Shown here in pieces: positions 60,442-64,000 of a DNA stretch of 64,000 nucleotides; positions within the stretch are counted from its first letter, which is position 1, and each line of letters begins with the position of its first letter. The DNA comes from Candidatus Magasanikbacteria bacterium GW2011_GWA2_56_11. GTDB lineage: Bacteria > Patescibacteriota > Patescibacteriia > Magasanikbacterales > UBA922. The translations under genes were made by a program, and so were the position numbers. The notes below the pieces were generated by a model. The model searched no databases. It had not been told where the DNA came from and saw only the letters and a program-made list of their open reading frames with translations. The DNA is taken from contig LCRX01000011.1 of assembly GCA_001004885.1 (NCBI GenBank), positions 2,000 through 65,999 on the forward strand, read 5' to 3'.

Positions 60442-62087
60442 GGCAGGTGATCCCTCCGAAACGTCCTGGCGGAGAGACTACCCGGCTCTCAACGGCAGTT
60501 CATGCAGGCCTGCCGAACGGACACCCCTGGCCGCGATCGCGGTCGCTGTTCGGGTGCACATGAAGGCGAAGCCGAGTCCAGACGCGGGCGGCCAGCCGAA
60601 GCCGCCCGGCGACCCGACCCCGGGCGACGAACGCCCACCCGAGCCGCCGAAGCCCTGGCAGCACCCGTACGCGTAATCCGAATGGGCGAAGGCTGGCGGG
60701 AGCCATGCGCTGGCTATCGCGCCGCCGAGTTCGCGCAGATGACCGCGACGCTGCTGGCACCGGCGGGACCCTCGACGCAACGAACCGAGGGCCCGGACGA
60801 TCCGTGACGGCGAGTCGGAGCGCGGGATTTCGCTTGCGGCTGGTGAGGCAGCGGCGGAAGATCGGTCCGTGGTCTCCGCCCGAGGAAAGGAGGTGGTGCA
60901 GTAACCCGAAGGTGCTGAATCGGGTGCATGCCAACGAGGGTGGATAGCTTGCACCGGCACGACCGCATGTCGTGCGGACTCGGTCGTGTGTCGCCCATCC
61001 GCGTCGGAGGGCGACGGCGGCTGTGCTTGTTCTGCGCCGCTTTCACGACGAGCCGGTGCTCCCTAAGACGTGCAACGCGTCCGAGGTCGCCCTATTGAGC
61101 TGCCGGGGGCGACGATCTCGCTCGTATCCCGTGACCGGACACACTCGGCACGGCCACGAGTTCGGCACTCCACCTTCCTGGCCGCTACACCAGCCCGAAA
61201 GCGCTACGGCGTCTCTATGCGCTGGCGGGTGTTGAGCCGCTGGGTTTGCCTCCAGGCAACTGCCGTGGGTGAGCCCGCGCGGGAGACGCTGCGCGCGCCG
61301 ACGATGGCGCGGACCGAGTGCGCTCGATCGGACGGGGAGCCGGCGGCCCCAGGAAGAGCGCCGGCAAGTTCTTGACCTGGCCCAGCCAGGGAATCGGTGC
61401 TCGCGATGGGCAGGCAGGAGGTGACTTCCACGCTGACCACGTGACACGAGCCAACACGGCGCCGCCGAGCGCTGATGCACTCCCGGCAGCGGGCTTCCTG
61501 CTTGCTCACGAGCACCGAGCACAAGATCTCGCGGCCTTCCTGCCGGAGGGCGTCACGGCCGACGCGCACGAAAACCAGCACCTGGGTAGGTGCTGGTGAG
61601 TAGTTTGGGGGCTGGTCCACGCGGTCGTCTGACCAGAATCAGAGGGATCTCGCCGCAGGCGGCGAACCCGTGCGCCCGGGCCTCCGGTACCGCCTGGCTT
61701 CGCTGGGTGGGACGGCGCGCCTGATGTGAGTAGAAGTCACACCAGGCGCGGCCGGCTGGACAAGCGTGTGCGCACGAGCGCCCTGGTAACCATCCCCGGG
61801 GGCATGCGGTTGAGCCTGAACGAACCAGGCCCGTCCTGGGTGTGCACGTGGAATCGCCTGGCGCAGCTTCGTAACGATAGCACATTGCGCCAAAAATGTC
61901 AATGATTCCATCAGTCTCGCTCGCGGCTGGCTGGAGGGACCGGAGTTGCGCGGCGTCGCGGGCAAGCCGGTTCAGTGCATCGTGTACGGCGAGAGGCCGG
62001 AGCAGCACCGATAGATGCCACGGTGACTGGAAGGGCGGGCAGCTCGTGGTAGGCCGCGATGAGGGTTCGAAGCCAGTCCCTGAGAGC

Positions 62088-62123
62088 CCGCACTGAATAC
62101 TTAGTATCGGAAGACCCGAGTGC
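62088..62123 (+). repeat. 36-bp direct repeat, left of the Fic gene
   Basis: CCGCACTGAATACTTAGTATCGGAAGACCCGAGTGC; 35 of 36 identical to 63328-63363. Confidence 0.9.
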
Positions 62124-62131
62124 AGTCCGTT

Positions 62132-63184
62132 TTATATTTTTTTATATCTGGTCGTTCGTCCCTGTCCGATCCGTTCGATCCTTTTCAAGCGCAATAAAAC
62201 ATCGAGCGCCTGTGAAACCGTCGGTCTGGCAACCTTTGTTGCATGTACAATTTCAAGCGGCGTTGTCTCTACCACAGTTTCAAGATAGCGCCACACCAGA
62301 AGCTGCTTCGGAGACAATAATTTTTCGATATTCTCTCGGGAGAGCAAATCGATAGCTTGCTCTGCTTGGGCAAGTGAAATTTTTAGAAAAAAATCAAGCC
62401 ATGCGGTGACATTTTCCGCGTCAGTATTCAGCGTTTTTTGGCTTTTCCGTAAGGCGATGTAATACTCCGTTTTCGCTTCCTCAATCAATTTTTCGTGGGA
62501 GACATACGGCACGTATGCATACCCGACGCGGAGCATGAGCAGATTCGCGAGGATGCGCGACAGTCGGCCGTTGCCATCCTGGAATGGGTGGATTGCCAGA
62601 AATTCTACAAGAAAATTTCCGATAATAACGAGCGGGTGCACTTCTTTCATCGTGAGAGCTTTGATTGTCGAATCCACCAATTCCTGCATGCGCTTTGGCG
62701 TGAGATACGCCGGGGTTGTTTCAAAAATCACCGCAATCGGCTTGCCGTCCTCGTCATACATCTCCACGGTATTTTCTCCTTTTTTATACTCGCCACGATG
62801 TCTCTCGTCTTTGGACGAATACTTGAGCAGCTCCTTATGCAAATGTTTAATCGTGCTTTCGGTAAAGGGAATGTGCTTCCAAGAATTAAAGATATTTTCC
62901 AATAATTCATAGTATCCCTTCACCTCTTGCTGATCGCGGTCGGCAAATTTTTTTATCGAGAGACCCCGCATTAATTTTTCCACGTCCTCATCGGACATCC
63001 TTGCTCCTTCAATACGCGTTGATGCTCCGGTAGAGGTAATCAAAACCGAGCGCTTCAATCTGCCAAGGGCTTGCGGGTTTAATTTCGCGCCGCCGATCCA
63101 TTGACCTTTGAGATGGTCAATTTGACTGATGAGCGCCCATATGGACTCTGGTGTGTGAGAAATTCTTTTATTGAAGTTAAGCAT
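62132..63184 (-). CDS. Fic family protein with C-terminal winged HTH
   Basis: STRIEG, HPFQDGNGRLSR, GQGRTTRY. Confidence 0.92.
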   Translation of the reverse strand: MLNFNKRISHTPESIWALISQIDHLKGQWIGGAKLNPQALGRLKRSVLITSTGASTRIEGARMSDEDVEKLMRGLSIKKFADRDQQEVKGYYELLENIFNSWKHIPFTESTIKHLHKELLKYSSKDERHRGEYKKGENTVEMYDEDGKPIAVIFETTPAYLTPKRMQELVDSTIKALTMKEVHPLVIIGNFLVEFLAIHPFQDGNGRLSRILANLLMLRVGYAYVPYVSHEKLIEEAKTEYYIALRKSQKTLNTDAENVTAWLDFFLKISLAQAEQAIDLLSRENIEKLLSPKQLLVWRYLETVVETTPLEIVHATKVARPTVSQALDVLLRLKRIERIGQGRTTRYKKI

Positions 63185-63327
63185 AGTTAATCTTATGTAT
63201 TAACTATATGAGATTATATATGATTGACAGACGCACGTCAAGGCGATTAAATTTGATTAATGATTTTCTCTCAAACATTAGCCAAAATGAGGGCGGGGCG
63301 ACCCGAGTAGTTCGAGCCCACTAGTCT

Positions 63328-63363
63328 CCGCACTGAATACTTAATATCGGAAGACCCGAGTGC
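63328..63363 (+). repeat. 36-bp direct repeat, right of the Fic gene
   Basis: CCGCACTGAATACTTAATATCGGAAGACCCGAGTGC, continuing into a hairpin ACCCGAG-TGCCG-CTCGGGT. Confidence 0.9.
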
Positions 63364-63605
63364 CGCTCGGGTTTCCTCCCCTCGTCCGTCCACCCGTCGG
63401 TGGCGTACCAGTTTCGCGGTTGGTATTCCGTTGAGAAATAATTTATATCCACAGGGATATTAAGAGGCAAGGTCTTGATAGTCTTTGTGGCTCTCCCTTC
63501 TGTGGTTCTAATAATTTGCCTAGTTTTAGCCTTTACACTGGGTACTACTAACTAATATATTTTCTCCGATTATCCATTTCAGAAAAAATCAGCCACCCGT
63601 CTGTC

Positions 63606-63634
63606 TTGACAAAAGATGGTTTTTAGTGTAGAAT
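63606..63634 (+). promoter_or_regulatory. Sigma70-type promoter TTGACA-17-TAGAAT
   Basis: Read directly; followed by a hairpin-rich leader and a GC-rich ORF. Confidence 0.7.
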
Positions 63635-63780
63635 ATTTTATTCGGTATTATGCCGATGTTGTTCCTTCCAACCGCTTAGCCGCTCGGATTAGGCGTTCTC
63701 TGTATCAGATAATCTGGTGCCAAGAGCGCCTGACCCGCGCCCTAGGCAAGCGCGACCCAAACCGTAGAAGGACCAGAACC

Positions 63781-64000
63781 GTGAAGACCTCCATCGTGAT
63801 CGCCCTGGCCACCTCCCTGCTCGTCGCCGCTCCGGCCCTCGCCGGAGGGAACGGCACCGTCCACAAGCGGACCGTGCTCGAGGGCACGACGTGCACGGCG
63901 GACGCGGGCTGCAAGGAGCTCACGAAGCTCCCGCAAGTGACGAGCGCCAAGTGCATCAAGACGGGCAAGTACAAGGGCAAGTGCTACATCCAGTGGGACG
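63781..64000 (+). CDS. Secreted Cys-containing protein, partial (MKTSIVIALATSLLVAAPALA-GGNG...CTADAGC...KC...KC)
   Basis: AGAAGGA Shine-Dalgarno, GTG start, signal peptide ending ALA, strong GC3 bias; absent from the ORF track because it runs off the window edge. Confidence 0.75.
   Translation, partial: MKTSIVIALATSLLVAAPALAGGNGTVHKRTVLEGTTCTADAGCKELTKLPQVTSAKCIKTGKYKGKCYIQWD

Larger units (their letters stand above)
57444..62087. mobile_element. Degraded GC-rich genomic island at tRNA-Ser
   Basis: Abrupt GC rise after the tRNA; integrase and IS fragments; ends at a tRNA-Ser T-arm-like remnant GAGGGTTCGAA at 62061. Confidence 0.7.

Noticed and set aside
60482-62060. Many overlapping Arg/Pro-rich ORFs
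   Set aside because: No consistent frame bias or domain motif; likely decayed high-GC DNA

Overview
Most of this window looks like core chromosome of a Patescibacteria/CPR bacterium, probably ABY1 (Magasanikbacteria/Uhrbacteria-like). This is inferred from gene content: archaeal-type pyrH, a translin-like gene, a degenerate priA, a CPR-type VirB4/TraG-like ATPase, and weak or absent Shine-Dalgarno sites. Housekeeping genes include dus, folD, greA, ribB, dnaX, cysS, pyrH, dnaG, rpoD, sod, a Mur ligase, fmt, def, priA, rsmI, metG, tatD, ligA, gatC, gatA and lgt, plus tRNA-Gln(CTG), tRNA-Lys(TTT) and tRNA-Ser(GGA). Accessory parts are an AT-rich HEPN/DUF5677-like islet after tRNA-Gln and a very GC-rich degraded island after tRNA-Ser (tyrosine integrase plus a broken IS66-like element carrying DUF4338). 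That island is followed by a Fic gene bracketed by 36-bp direct repeats, and several GC-rich or Cys-rich foreign-looking genes sit behind near-consensus promoters. The most unusual signals are non-coding: (1) three promoter- and terminator-bounded, highly structured 240-285 nt candidate RNAs between ligA and gatC, and a fourth between rsmI and metG; (2) two families of long-hairpin intergenic repeats with conserved loops and compensatory stem changes; (3) a cobalamin-type riboswitch with an extra inserted hairpin. A circularly permuted DsbA and several clean internal gene deletions also stand out. All calls come from reading the sequence by eye; no database searches or folding programs were run.
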